Source of the DNA: Candidatus Marinacidobacterales bacterium
Lineage (GTDB): Bacteria; Acidobacteriota; Vicinamibacteria; Marinacidobacterales; DATDRI01
Assembly: GCA_965219415.1 (NCBI GenBank)
Contig: CBDCNP010000002.1
Span: 4,960,001-5,024,000, forward strand
DNA: 64,000 bases
Reading direction: 5' to 3'
The notes under the pieces are model-generated. The model was not told the origin of the DNA. It ran no database searches and saw nothing but the letters and a program-made list of their open reading frames with translations. A program made the position numbers and the translations under genes. This document shows positions 20,248-30,767 of this stretch, one piece after another; the first letter of the stretch is position 1, and each line of letters starts with the position of its first letter.

Positions 20248-20449
20248 CGTCCAGCTCGAAAAAAATCCAATCCCGTCCTGTTCTGCTCCGCAAAAAGTCT
20301 ATCCGGAGTTGATTGCGCATTTTAGACTGCTATGGTCGGCTGCTTTGTGCCAGTCGACCCGACGACGCCACCGGTATCTGCAAAGGGATGCGTACACATC
20401 ACCAACAGCAAATAGCGCAAGCATCGTTAAGAGATCTAGCCCATGCTAG

Positions 20450-21965
20450 TTAACGCAGACGAAAACGATTACGTACGGTCAACAAGAGCAGAAAAAGGAA
20501 AATGGGGCCGGTGATAGCCTGAATTGCACCCAATGCATTCAGAAGGGCACTATTGTGAAGCGCAGCGACTACGCACTCCCGGGAATTGTACAAATATCCG
20601 CCGTCGGAGGTTAGGCCGAAAAACGCGTGTGCGTTCGAAAAACTGATTAGTAGACAATCCCACAACACAGCTCCGCACGTTTCGTACCCGGGGCTAGCCT
20701 GACTGAAAAGCAATAGCCCAATAATGATGTAGTGCCCTGCCCACCAAATCAATGCGCGTCGCATGTTCCAACCATAGTCGCACGAAACATCAAACAACCA
20801 ATTGGCTAGAGACAAAACACTCCACCCATCTCGTTTTCTCTGAGCGCGCATTCGAAGTCTGTAGAAATCATGTCTTTCTGGCAGTTTTTCGACCTTGCTC
20901 ATGATTAGTGCCAATCGATCCCAGGCTTGCATCGCTTTGCTAGCATCGACGACGTCCGATGTAGTTCGTTCTTGAGTGCGGCGAAAAATATTCTTCGACC
21001 ACCATGACACTGCATAACATGATTCCGCCTTGCGCCAGTCTACGCCGCTAAAATCTGTATCCTCATGGAGGTTAGTCTCGAAAAACTGTGGTGGCTGCAG
21101 AAATAATGAATCGCAGAAATATGTAGTAGCTTCGAACCTAGCGTCATTGAAATTTGCAATGTGCTCGAACCGTGCGGCAGAGAAATCGGCTGTACGTTCG
21201 AATACTGCTCTCTGAAAATCTGCGCTCTTTACGAATAGACAATCCCTGAAGTTGACATTGTTATGAAATTTTGTGCCTTCTAAATTGCCTGGCACGCCTA
21301 ATTTAGTTCCCTCAAAACTTGCATCGCTCTTGAAAACAGAATTCCGAAAATCCACCGCACCGGCCGAGTTTCCTTGTATGCCGGGGATGGGTAGGAAATT
21401 CGATCCGTCAAAAGAGGCAGCATCCTTGAATTCGGATTCGTCGAACACGGTGGTTTCCATGAATGTCGCAGCTTTGAAATAGACGGAATTTTCGAATGTG
21501 ACGCTATCGAAACGAGTGCAACGCCTAAACGCTGCTCGCTCAAAGTCTGCTGTATCTACAAATGTTACATTGCGGAAGTCGGAGAGGCGGTCGAATGTGG
21601 CGTTCTTAAAGCTAGCTTTGATCAAAATCCGGCCAGCAAAACATACGTCGTCGTTGAAGGTGTGGTCGGAGAAATCCATGTATCGAGCCAGTACTTCCGT
21701 TGGGTCTGCTTGGAAATGGAGGATGTCCTCCGAACTTATCGGCGAGTGCATCGAGTTTACGCTTCTCGTCTTGCTTTAACTGCAAATGTTCGTTCTGAAA
21801 GAACCGATTGAAAGGAGGATTCCCAACGTTACGGATTTTGTACCGGAAGTCACTCGGCAACTTCCACGCAAGATAACCGTTCCAGTATCGTGTTCGTCGC
21901 TGGGCGTCGTCTGGGTAAGTCAGCAACGCGAGCCAAAATCGCGTATTCTCATGTGAGTCACTCAC
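20450..21965 (-). CDS. Pentapeptide-repeat protein with C-terminal TM segments (probable frameshift near 21680)
   Basis: Repeated A(D/S)F..A.F units; C-terminal CDYGWN.RRAL, TM helices, FLFLLLLTVRNRFR; low GC; upstream frame VSDSHENTRFW probably belongs to the same gene. Confidence 0.7.
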
Positions 21966-22063
21966 GGGGTCATTTCTCCTAGATTTTTTTCGGGAAGCAG
22001 GGGAGTTGGACACGAGAGGGGCAGCGGCAATGATACGCGCTAGGTGTGCGCAGAGTTATCAGC

Positions 22064-22337
22064 TGTGCTCCGCAAAAAGTCGATCTAGCGTTGATTGCGT
22101 GGTTTAGACCTGCCACGATCGGGTTCTCCGTACCGGTCGACCCGACGATGCATGCGCAGGGAAACACCGTCCAGAAAGCAAGATACCACGCTCCCTGGGC
22201 GAAGACCTAGGTCCAGGTCATGGGCAAAGATGGAAATAAAGGAGGCCCGGGCCGGACCTGGACTAGAACGTGCTAGGCCCGCTACACCACAGTAGCCCCG
22301 GCCTCGATTCTGGGCCTCTCGGGTGGCCTCTTTTCCC
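22064..22337 (+). repeat. TGTGCTCCGCAAAAAG end fused to arm repeat R3 (partial)
   Basis: 22119-22337 is collinear with ~34561-34730; truncated by the CCCGTCCTGTGCCAAAA end. Confidence 0.8.
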
Positions 22338-22438
22338 GTCCTGTGCCAAAACTCGGCCCTTTTGAAAGACCATGGCTGTAATTTAATGCACCGTAAAGTC
22401 TTAGCGTTATTTTACCAACACTTAATGGCGGAAGCACC
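22335..22438 (+). mobile_element. 104-bp hybrid remnant with ends from two different IS families
   Basis: Left end CCCGTCCTGTGCCAAAACTCGGCCC; right end CAACACTTAATGGCGGAAGCACC (IS1-type IR). Confidence 0.6.
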
Positions 22439-22468
22439 GCCTGGGCTGCAACAAGCAGGTGCAGATGG

Positions 22469-23026
22469 CTAAACAGCCTGGATGGCATAAGTGGCCAGCC
22501 CGATGGCCACCACATCGTCGTTGCCCCCAACGACCTCGAGCCGGCAGGTGGCGAGGGAGCGTCCCTTGCGGACGACCTCTCCGATGGCGAGCAGGTCTCC
22601 CTGGACTCCCGCCAGCAAGTTCATCTTGAACTCCACCGTCTTGACCGTGGAGCCCGGCGAGACCGAACCCACCGCGAAGTTGCCCGCCGTGTCCGCCAGC
22701 AGACCGATGAGACCCCCGTGGATGACGCCAGGCCTTTCTTCGAACTCGGCCCGAAACGGCAAACGCACGCGCGCCACGCGGTTCTCGCAATAGCTGAGTG
22801 TCATGCCCAGGTAGCGGCTGATCGGAGCCGCCTCGAAGAGTTGTTTGAGTTTTTCGAGATGCGCGGAACGTTCCGTCGTTTCACCCACCCGCTGGTGGCG
22901 GACACCTTCGGGCAGAGGAATCGGCACCGGCTTGGGTTCATTGCGGGGAGCCGAACGAGGCCGTGCAGCGGCTTTCTTGCTAGCAAGCCTGGAAAGGATG
23001 TCTCTCTTCCCTGGTCCTTCTTTCAT
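22469..23026 (-). CDS. PaaI-family hotdog-fold thioesterase
   Basis: PGVIHGGLIGLLADTAG, TVEFKMNLL, GEVVRKGRS. Confidence 0.85.
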   Translation of the reverse strand: MKEGPGKRDILSRLASKKAAARPRSAPRNEPKPVPIPLPEGVRHQRVGETTERSAHLEKLKQLFEAAPISRYLGMTLSYCENRVARVRLPFRAEFEERPGVIHGGLIGLLADTAGNFAVGSVSPGSTVKTVEFKMNLLAGVQGDLLAIGEVVRKGRSLATCRLEVVGGNDDVVAIGLATYAIQAV

Positions 23027-23180
23027 ATCGAGACACGCTCCACGATGTTGCGAGTGACGTGCTGTCTACGCCGGTCATAGAACTGTGTGGCCCGAGGGGT
23101 TGGAGTGTCCGGCCAGATACTGCACGTCCTCCAGGGGCACGTTCTGGCTGAGTATATCCGTGATCTCCATCACGCGGATG
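23023..23180 (-). pseudogene. C-terminal remnant of a tyrosine recombinase
   Basis: IRVMEITDILSQNVPLEDVQYLAGHSNP(+1 C)RATQFYDRRRQHVTRNIVERVSI*; box II LAGH...Y; 5' part cut by IS1 copy 4. Confidence 0.75.
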
Positions 23181-24121
23181 GGTGCTTCCGCAATTAAGTG
23201 TTGGCGGCCAGCCCCTAACCAGTCTGCGTGCTAGAGTTTGAACCAGAATTCCGAAGACACAGTTCTCTCATCGTCAGGGCCGAGCCAAAGTGAAGAATAG
23301 CAGATGTCTCAATCTCGCATGTCCGTTGCGGGGCAAAGTCAGTTCCGGAAACATCGTTCGCCACGGATTCTACCGAACCAGGTCCGGGAAGCGCCGTCGA
23401 TACCGGTGCGGCGAGTGCGGAAAGACGTTCTCCTCGACGAAAGGCACGCCCTACTACCGTCTCCAACATCGAAGAGCTACTTTCGATGGGGTCATCGCTC
23501 TCAGAGTCGAGGGTGTCAGCATTTCCGCGATTTCCAGGATCAAAGGGATTGCCTGGAACACCGTCGCCCGCTGGCTCGAGAAGGCAGCCCAAGTGTGTCG
23601 TCGATTCAATCACAGAAGGATCGCTGGCTTCGCTGCCGAAGAGCTTCAAGCCGACGAGATTCGCACGTTCGCGGGCAACAAGAAGGCACCGAGTTGGGTC
23701 TTCGTTACAATCGAAGTCTGGTCTCGGCTCTGGCCATCGACGGTGACGGGAAGGCGAAGCTACCCGAACACTCACGCTCTGTTTCGCGACCTTTCGAGAC
23801 GGATGAATTTCGAGCGTCTTCCCTTGATCGTCACGGATGGATTCGGATTCTACCAGAAGGTCATCCGTCGCTTCTTCGGTCCAGCGTGTCTCTACGGCCA
23901 GGTCCTAAAAACGCGCAGGAACGATCGCATCATCAAGGTCGAACGGAGAGCGCTGCACGGAGCCGCGTGGCGATTCTAAGACACGCTCAATAACTCCGAG
24001 GACTCTTCGACATTGAACACGTCGTTCATCGAGCGGTTGAATCTGACCATCCGGCGAAGCTCGGCATACCTTTCGAGACGAACGCTTTCCCACGCTCGCT
24101 CGACGGAGAGGCTCGATGAGC
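23181..24121 (+). mobile_element. IS1-family element, copy 4 (premature stop, 3'-truncated)
   Basis: IRL present; GAA>TAA at 23977; cut by the TGTGCATC end at 24122. Confidence 0.85.
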
Positions 24122-24290
24122 TGTGCATCGTCAAAACTGCTCCGCCCACGAAATCAAGGACTTACGCTCCGCTTGAATTCCGGGCTGAAGACGGCGAAAC
24201 TCCGCCGCTATGCTCGACGTTTGTTGTCTTCCTCGTCTTACTTGGCGTCCGTGCCATTCGGGCGATGTGTCGGCACCGCGCCGACCTCGT

Positions 24291-25054
24291 CCTGTGCCAA
24301 AACTCGGCCTTCTTGAAATAGCCGATAAATCAGCAGCTTAGCGTCTGTGTTTTGCGACCGGGCCAAGGGCCGTGGGCTCTACAATCGTCTGGCCCGAGGG
24401 TGTTATCTTCAGACCCATGATGACGTACCACGTGCAATTCCTACTGCTCGTTCTGGCTGGCTGGGTCAACCGCCAGCAGCAGGATGTGAGCGACTACCTG
24501 CGAGAGGAAAACCGTGTGCTCCGAGCCGGGCTTCGGGGCAAGCGTCTCAGGCTCTCTGACGACGACCGGCGGAGGCTCGCCGTCAAGGCCCAGGCCTTGG
24601 GCCGCGAGGCGCTGGCCCAGATTGCGTCGGTTGCCACACCCGCTACGCTTCTACGCTGGTTGTGCATCGTCAAAATTGCTTCGCCCAAGAAATCAAGGAC
24701 TTACACTCCGCTTGAATTCCGGGCCGAAGACGGCGAAACTCCGCCGCTATGCTCGATGTTGTTGTCTTCCTCGTCTCACTTGGCGTCCGTGTCATTCGGG
24801 CGATGTGTCGGCACCGCGCCGACCTGGTGTTGGAGAACGTCGCTTTGCGGCAGCAAGTGACGGCGCTGAAGAAAGAGCGCCCGCACCCACCGCTCGACGA
24901 CACGGAACGGGCTTTCTGGGTTGCTCTTCGAGGTTCGTGGCCCGTGTGGGCGAGCCGCCTGCTCATCGTCCACGCGGACACCGTGGCCCGTTGGCACAGA
25001 CGCTAAGCTGTTGATTTTATCGGCTATTTCAAAAGGGCTGAGTTTTGGCACAGG
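24291..25054 (+). mobile_element. Non-autonomous element with ~58-bp TIRs enclosing two rve transposase N-terminal fragments
   Basis: CCTGTGCCAAAACTC.GCC.T.TTGAAATAGCCGATAAA..CA.CAGCTTAGCGTCTGTG inverted at both ends. Confidence 0.7.
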
Positions 25055-25134
25055 AAGGGACTGCTGTCGTGCGCTCCGCAACGCTGGCTGTCGCCATGGT
25101 GTTGACCGCGTGCGCGGTCGCAACGACAGGGAGC

Positions 25135-26160
25135 GGTGCTTCCGCAATTAAGTGTTGGCGGCCAGCCCCTAACCGTCTCAGGGTCCGTGGATGAGGAGTT
25201 GCTCCTGCGCAACGAGTATCTTGTGGCCGAGCTCGGAAAGCGTCTGGGTAAGCAAGCCCTTGATGAGATCGCGAGTATCGTGAATCCCGACACGATCCTA
25301 GGTTGGCACCGGAGGCTTGTCGCGAAGAAGTTCGACAGCTCCGAGAACCGTCCGTATCCAGGGCGACCGCGGATCGACGCCGACATCGAAGAGCTGGTAG
25401 TGCGTCTCGCCAAGGAGAACAAGTCCTGGGGTTACGACCGGATTGCCGGGGCGCTAGCCAACCTCGGGTATGAAGTGGCCGACCAAACCGTCGGTAACAT
25501 TCTGAAACGCCACGGCATTCCGCTCGCACCAGAGCGTCGGAAGACCACGACGTGGAGGGAGTTTATCCGCTCGCACATGGACGTGCTCGCGGCGACAGAT
25601 TTCTTCACCACGCAAGTGTGGACTCAGGGCGGGTTGGTGACGTACTACGTTCTGTTCTTCATGCACCTGGCTACCCGTCGAGTCCACGTTGCCGGCATCA
25701 CGCCGCATCCGAACGAACAGTGGATGACTCAAGTGGCTCGCAACGTGACCATGGCAGATGTCGGCTTTCTGTCCTCGAGCCGATACCTCATTCACGACCG
25801 GGACTCGAAGTTCTGCGAGTCGTTCCACCGGACCATCGAGGCGGTTGGCGTCGCGCCCGTCAAGCTGCCCGCACGGAGCCCGGATTTGAACTCGTTCGCG
25901 GAGCGCTGGGTGAAGTCCGTCAAAGAGGAATGTCTCTCGAAGCTCATCCTGTTCGGCGAGAAGTCGCTCCGTCATGCGCTTAGGGAGTACGTCGTCTACT
26001 ATCACCACGAGAGGAATCATCAAGGCAAGGAGAATCTGCTGCTGTTCCCAGCCAGCGACCAGTTACCTCAGTCCGAGCGCAAGGTGCGCTCCCGTGAACG
26101 GCTTGGCGGGTTGCTACGTTTCTACCATCGGGAAGCCGCATGAGTATTTTGACCTCACGG
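25135..26160 (+). pseudogene. IS1 left end (~41 bp) fused to an N-terminally deleted rve transposase
   Basis: IRL at 25135; WGYDRIAGAL, ATDFFT, HDRDSKF, SPDLNSFAERWVKSVKEECL, GGLLRFY. Confidence 0.8.
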
Positions 26161-26259
26161 GCATTCTCAACTACTACTGCGGTGCCGCGTAGATGGTCGC
26201 CGGCGACGGTAGCCCCTTGGTGGGCTCGACCGGCGTAGCGTGGAAACAGCTTCAGGAAC

Positions 26260-26352
26260 TTCGGCCTGCGCCAGGATGCCGTCCACGGCCTCCAGCGCCC
26301 CCGGCATCTTCAGGTCCGCCAGCATTGCCCGCAGTCGGTCTCGCCGGTTACC
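26260..26352 (-). pseudogene. IS21 istB N-terminal fragment
   Basis: NRRDRLRAMLADLKMPGALEAVDGILAQAE. Confidence 0.5.
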
Positions 26353-26359
26353 CGCCGCC

Positions 26360-26952
26360 TTCAATGGCACGGACTCGAAGTTGCTTGGCGGCACGGTAGA
26401 GGTTGACGAGACGTACATGGGCTGCAAGCGCAAGAACATGAGCAACGCGAAGCGCAAGGATCTGGAAGGCCGTGGAACGGTGGGCAAGACGGCGGTTGTG
26501 GGCGCGAAGGAGCGCGATGGCCGGGTCAAGGCTCAGCCGGTGCAATCCACGGACAGCGAGACTCTGAGCGGATTCGTGCAGGACGCCATTGAGTCCGGCT
26601 CCACTGTCTTCACGGACGGTGCCAGCGCCTACGACAGCGTGGAGGGATTCGAGCACGATACGGTCAACCAAACATTGCCAAGGAATACGTCCATGGAAAA
26701 GCGGACACGAACGGCATAGAATCATTCTGGTCGCTATTGAAGCGCGGCTACTACGGCACATATCACAAGATCAGCGTGAAGCACCTGTACCGCCACGTCA
26801 ACGAGTTTGCGGGCCGTCACAACATCCGGGATCTTGATACCATTGCTCAGATTGTCATCATGAGCCAGAGCATGAACGGCAAACGATTGCGCTACAAGGA
26901 CTTGATCCGCTTCAATGGTCTACCTTCCGACGCGAGGGCTATGTCAATATGA
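26360..26952 (+). pseudogene. IS1595-family transposase, 5'-truncated and frameshifted
   Basis: GTVEVDETYMG, TDGASAY, TNGIESFWSLLKRG..G.YH..S.KHL.R..NEFA.RHN. Confidence 0.85.
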
Positions 26953-29707
26953 GCGGCCCGCGCAACACGGAGCCGCAAGCGAACGGTGCGCTGGCTCGTG
27001 CGCTGAGACGACGAAACCCAGGCTGGAACGACAACACTGTCCACGCCGAACGGACCCACGTGATTCAGCAAGCTGTGCCAGGCACGGGGACAGGCAAGAG
27101 GCCGGACATTCTCATAGCCCCGCCTCGCCGCCAGCCAGTGATCGTGGAGACGGAATTCGCCCCCGCACACACGGTCGATCAAGACGCGACCGCCAGGCTC
27201 GGGACGAGCTTGCACAGTACCGGAGAGGACATCGAAGGCGTGCTCTCCGTTGTCTTGCCGGAGAGAGCCTCAAGACAGGTGACCTCGAAACCATCGAAAG
27301 CGCAGCGTTGCGCTACGCCACGCATTACCTGGATTCCAAGGGAGAAAGCATCCGCTGGCCGCCGGAGAGGAAGTGGCTTGAGGGGGGCGTGGACGACCTT
27401 GCTGATGCCATCGAATACCTGTCCCTCTCGGAACGGCAACTGGCGCGAGGGACGGAAGCCCTTGAACAAGTGGTACGGAACGCGGCGGGACTGCTGGCCG
27501 AGCACGCCGGTGAGGGCCCACTGGCGCGGATCGCCCGTGACCTGCATCAAGGAGAAGGCAAGCAGACCGAGCGCATGGCAGCGGCTATCTGCGTCTCGGC
27601 CTTCGTGTTTCATGCAGCGATCGAAAGGCAGCAACAGATCCCGCCGGTTCCGTTAGCGGGATCTATCGACAAGGGGACGCTTCTGGGCGTATGGAACGCG
27701 ATTCTCGAAGTCAACTACTGGCCGATCTTCAGCGTCGCCAGTGACTTGGTGAAGGAATTGCCGATCAAGGCGGTTCCGCCGGTCATGAACCGCATCGCGG
27801 AGTCCATCTCCGACTTGGCGCAGCTGGGCGCGACGACCTATCACGACCTTACTGGGAGGATGTTCCAGACCCTTATCACGGATCGGAAGTTCCTGGCCAC
27901 CTTCTACACATTGCCCGAGTCAGCCTGCCTCCTCGCCGAACTAGCGGTCGAGCAGCTAGACGTGGACTGGTCGGACCGGGTCGCGATAGAAGGGCTGCGG
28001 ATTGCGGATTTCGCCTGCGGCACGGGAGCCTTGCTCTCGGCCGCGCAGCGGGCAGTGTATCGGCGCTATCGACGGGCCGGCGGCGATGACAAGGACTTGC
28101 ATCAAGCCCTGATGGAGCGCGTCCTGAGCGGGCTGGACATCATGCGCGCCGCAACGCATCTCACCTGTTCCATGCTGTCCAGCTCCCACCCCTCGCTCGC
28201 CTACGGCAAATCCCAGATCCACACGATGCCCTACGGCATCGATGGCGTCGGTACACACATCGGAGCACTCGACCTTCTCGATTCCGACCATTCCTACTCC
28301 CTGTTCGCCACGGGCGAGTCCATGGGCGGTACAGAATCGGAGAGCCGTAGCGAGCATTCCGTCACGGTCAAGGACAACTCCTGCGATCTGGTCATCATGA
28401 ACCCCCCGTTCACGAGGCCCACAAACCATGAGGGAAGCCACGCCGAGATACCGATCCCATCCTTCGCGGGATTCGGCACTCCTCTTAGCGAACAGAGGGC
28501 TATGTCGAGAATGCTCGGCAAGTGCAAGCCCGAGTTCGGTCACGGCAACGCTGGGCTGGCGTCGAACTTCATGGATCTCGGCCACCGCAAGCTGAGAGAT
28601 GGAGGCGTGCTGGCCTTGGTACTGCCATCCTCACTTGCACGAGGCCAGGCATGGGAGAAGGCGAGAAAGGCGCTGGCGGCAAACTATTCCGATATCCACA
28701 TCCTGTCCATCGCCGCGACGGGGACGACGGCAAGGGCTTTCTCGGCAGACACGGGCATGGCCGAGTGCCTTGTCGTAGCCAATAAACGGAGCGGAGGCGG
28801 AATGCGTTTCACGAATCTGTCCTACCGGCCAGCAGGGTTGCTGGAATCGGCTCTGACTGCAAGGGAGACAGGACAGGGGACGTCGAACGCTCCGGCAATC
28901 CGCAGCGCCTTTAACGGCAGCCTTCTCGACCCATGCGGAGCAGGAGTGCTTAGCGAGAGCGTGGGAAATGCGGCACGGGCACTAGCTTGCGGGGAGTTCG
29001 TGTTCCCCCAATCGCTAGCGTCGGAAGGCATTGCCGTCACCCAGCTAGGGAATGTTGCAGAACGAGGGCTCGTTGATAGGGACATCAACGGCAAGCCACC
29101 TGCAAGCAATGCCCTGCCTCGGGGTGCGTTCGATATCCGCCCCATCCGCAAGGATGAACTTCCCACCTATCCCGCGTTGTGGGGACACAACGCTGAGCGA
29201 GAACGGCAGTTTGTCGTTCCGCCAGACAGATGTGGCGAAGTGCGTCCGAAGATGAAGTCTCATGCGGTCAAGACGTGGCGTCGAACGGCATCCCGTCTCC
29301 ATTCCAACCGAGACTTCCAGCTCAACTCACAGAGTTTGGCAATGTGTCTCACACCGGAGAAGTGTCTCGGCGGCAGGGCATGGCCGAACGTAATCCCGCG
29401 CGAACCGAAGTACGCGATCCCGCTACTGCTGTGGTGCAACTCGACGCTAGGACTGATCCTGTTCTGGTGGCACGGCACGAGACAGCAGGAAGGTCGATCC
29501 ATACTCACGATCTCCAAGCTGCCAGATCTTCCCGTGCTCGATCCCCGCACCTTGACGGAGGAGCAGGTGGATCACTGCCGTGCGATCTTCGATGACTTCA
29601 AGGATCGCGAGTTCCTACCCGCTAACGAGGCGTGGCGCGACGAGACGCGCAAGGCGCTTGACCGCGATCTGAGCGAGGTTCTCGAACACGCGGAGGTTGC
29701 CGCCTGA
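26949..29707 (+). CDS. Type IIG-like fused restriction endonuclease-N6 methyltransferase (frameshift near 27265; C-terminus possibly truncated)
   Basis: N-terminal RPDILI...VIVETE nuclease-like motif; FLATFYT, ADFACGTG, MNPPF; removing 2 nt in GAGAGAG joins the two ORFs (VVLPESLKTGDL). Confidence 0.75.
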
Positions 29708-29764
29708 TATGATACTCAGATGACGGAGTGGAGGGTGCCGTTCTTTTTCCACGAACATCGGGAC

Positions 29765-29944
29765 ACATCCATCGATAGCCGGTATATCGACAAATTCCCC
29801 ATCCCGCATTTTTCTAACAACTTCGCCCTGCGTCTGCGAGAGTTGGTCTTCGAATCAAAGAACGCGAAGCGCAAATCCGACGAACTGCTCGAACAAGCCA
29901 AAACACACGTCGAACAACTCATCGAGGAGGCCGTGAAGCCATGA
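29765..29944 (+). pseudogene. C-terminal remnant of an HsdS-like specificity subunit
   Basis: IDKFPIP...LVFESKNAKRKSDELLEQAKTHVEQLIEE resembles the terminal conserved helix of S subunits; ATGA overlap with the next gene. Confidence 0.55.
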
Positions 29945-30135
29945 ATCTGTCTCCGGAAGATTCTAAGCTCCTCGCGGAGCTTTGCGAACAGCACGGCGTT
30001 AGCCAAGAGAAGGTCCTAAAGCTACTATCCGCTGTGCGCGAGTACGAGTTCAAGGACCGGCGCACCGGCATATATAGCGCGCTGCGTGAGATTCTGAAGA
30101 GCAACCCCTCACGGGCTTCGGAACGGCTGGCATGA
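29941..30135 (+). CDS. Small Dnd-associated protein resembling the DndC C-terminal tail
   Basis: LLAELCEQHGVSQEKVLKLL...EY...RRTGIYSALREIL; coupled by ATGA on both sides. Confidence 0.65.
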   Translation: MNLSPEDSKLLAELCEQHGVSQEKVLKLLSAVREYEFKDRRTGIYSALREILKSNPSRASERLA

Positions 30136-30767
30136 GCAATAACAATGACATCATCGGTTTCGTCAAGGACCCGAGCAAGTTGGTGGAACTTTGCCGGGAT
30201 GTCATCGACCAGATCGATGCTAGTTCTGAAGGCGTGGCGGTTGCCGAGCAAGACGCCCAGTTGCACGCCATAGCAAAGGCGATTGAGAAGCTCGAAAAGG
30301 ACCACTTCGGCGTCCCGGACCCGTTACGCGCTGAGAAGACCCGCTTGGCATCCGCCCTGGCTGTGCACGCGGATGCTAAGCAGGCGCTGGCGCAGTTGGC
30401 TGACGAGTTTCAGGACATTTTGAAGGATCTTCGAGAGCGAATCGGGCAGAACACAACTGCCCCGGAAGCCAAGCCTCGCGGCAAGCGCTTGAAACTGCCC
30501 AAGACCCCGTCGGCTGTCTTGCGCGAGCACATTCTGCAGGCACTCAAGAAACAGGGAGGCCGCGCGAGGGTGCGTGACGTGATCGAGGAAATAACCCGGC
30601 AGCTCGAAGGCAAACTTCTACCGGGCGACAGGGAATGGCGCGAGGCGACCAACGAGCCCGCCTGGAAAAACAACGTCAAATGGGAGCGATTGCGGATGAC
30701 GCAGGACGGCGCGCTACGGCGGGGCTCGCCCCATGGCATTTGGGAGCTTGATGAGGATAGTGAATGA
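30132..30767 (+). CDS. Coiled-coil + Mrr N-terminal-type winged-helix protein (no nuclease domain)
   Basis: ILQALKKQGG...WKNNVKWERLRM..DG.L...SPHGIWEL. Confidence 0.7.
   Translation: MSNNNDIIGFVKDPSKLVELCRDVIDQIDASSEGVAVAEQDAQLHAIAKAIEKLEKDHFGVPDPLRAEKTRLASALAVHADAKQALAQLADEFQDILKDLRERIGQNTTAPEAKPRGKRLKLPKTPSAVLREHILQALKKQGGRARVRDVIEEITRQLEGKLLPGDREWREATNEPAWKNNVKWERLRMTQDGALRRGSPHGIWELDEDSE

Noticed and set aside
26915-27265. N-terminus of the 930-aa ORF as given in the track
   Set aside because: The real N-terminus is in the 26949 frame, which holds the nuclease-like motif; the frames join at the GAGAGAG indel.
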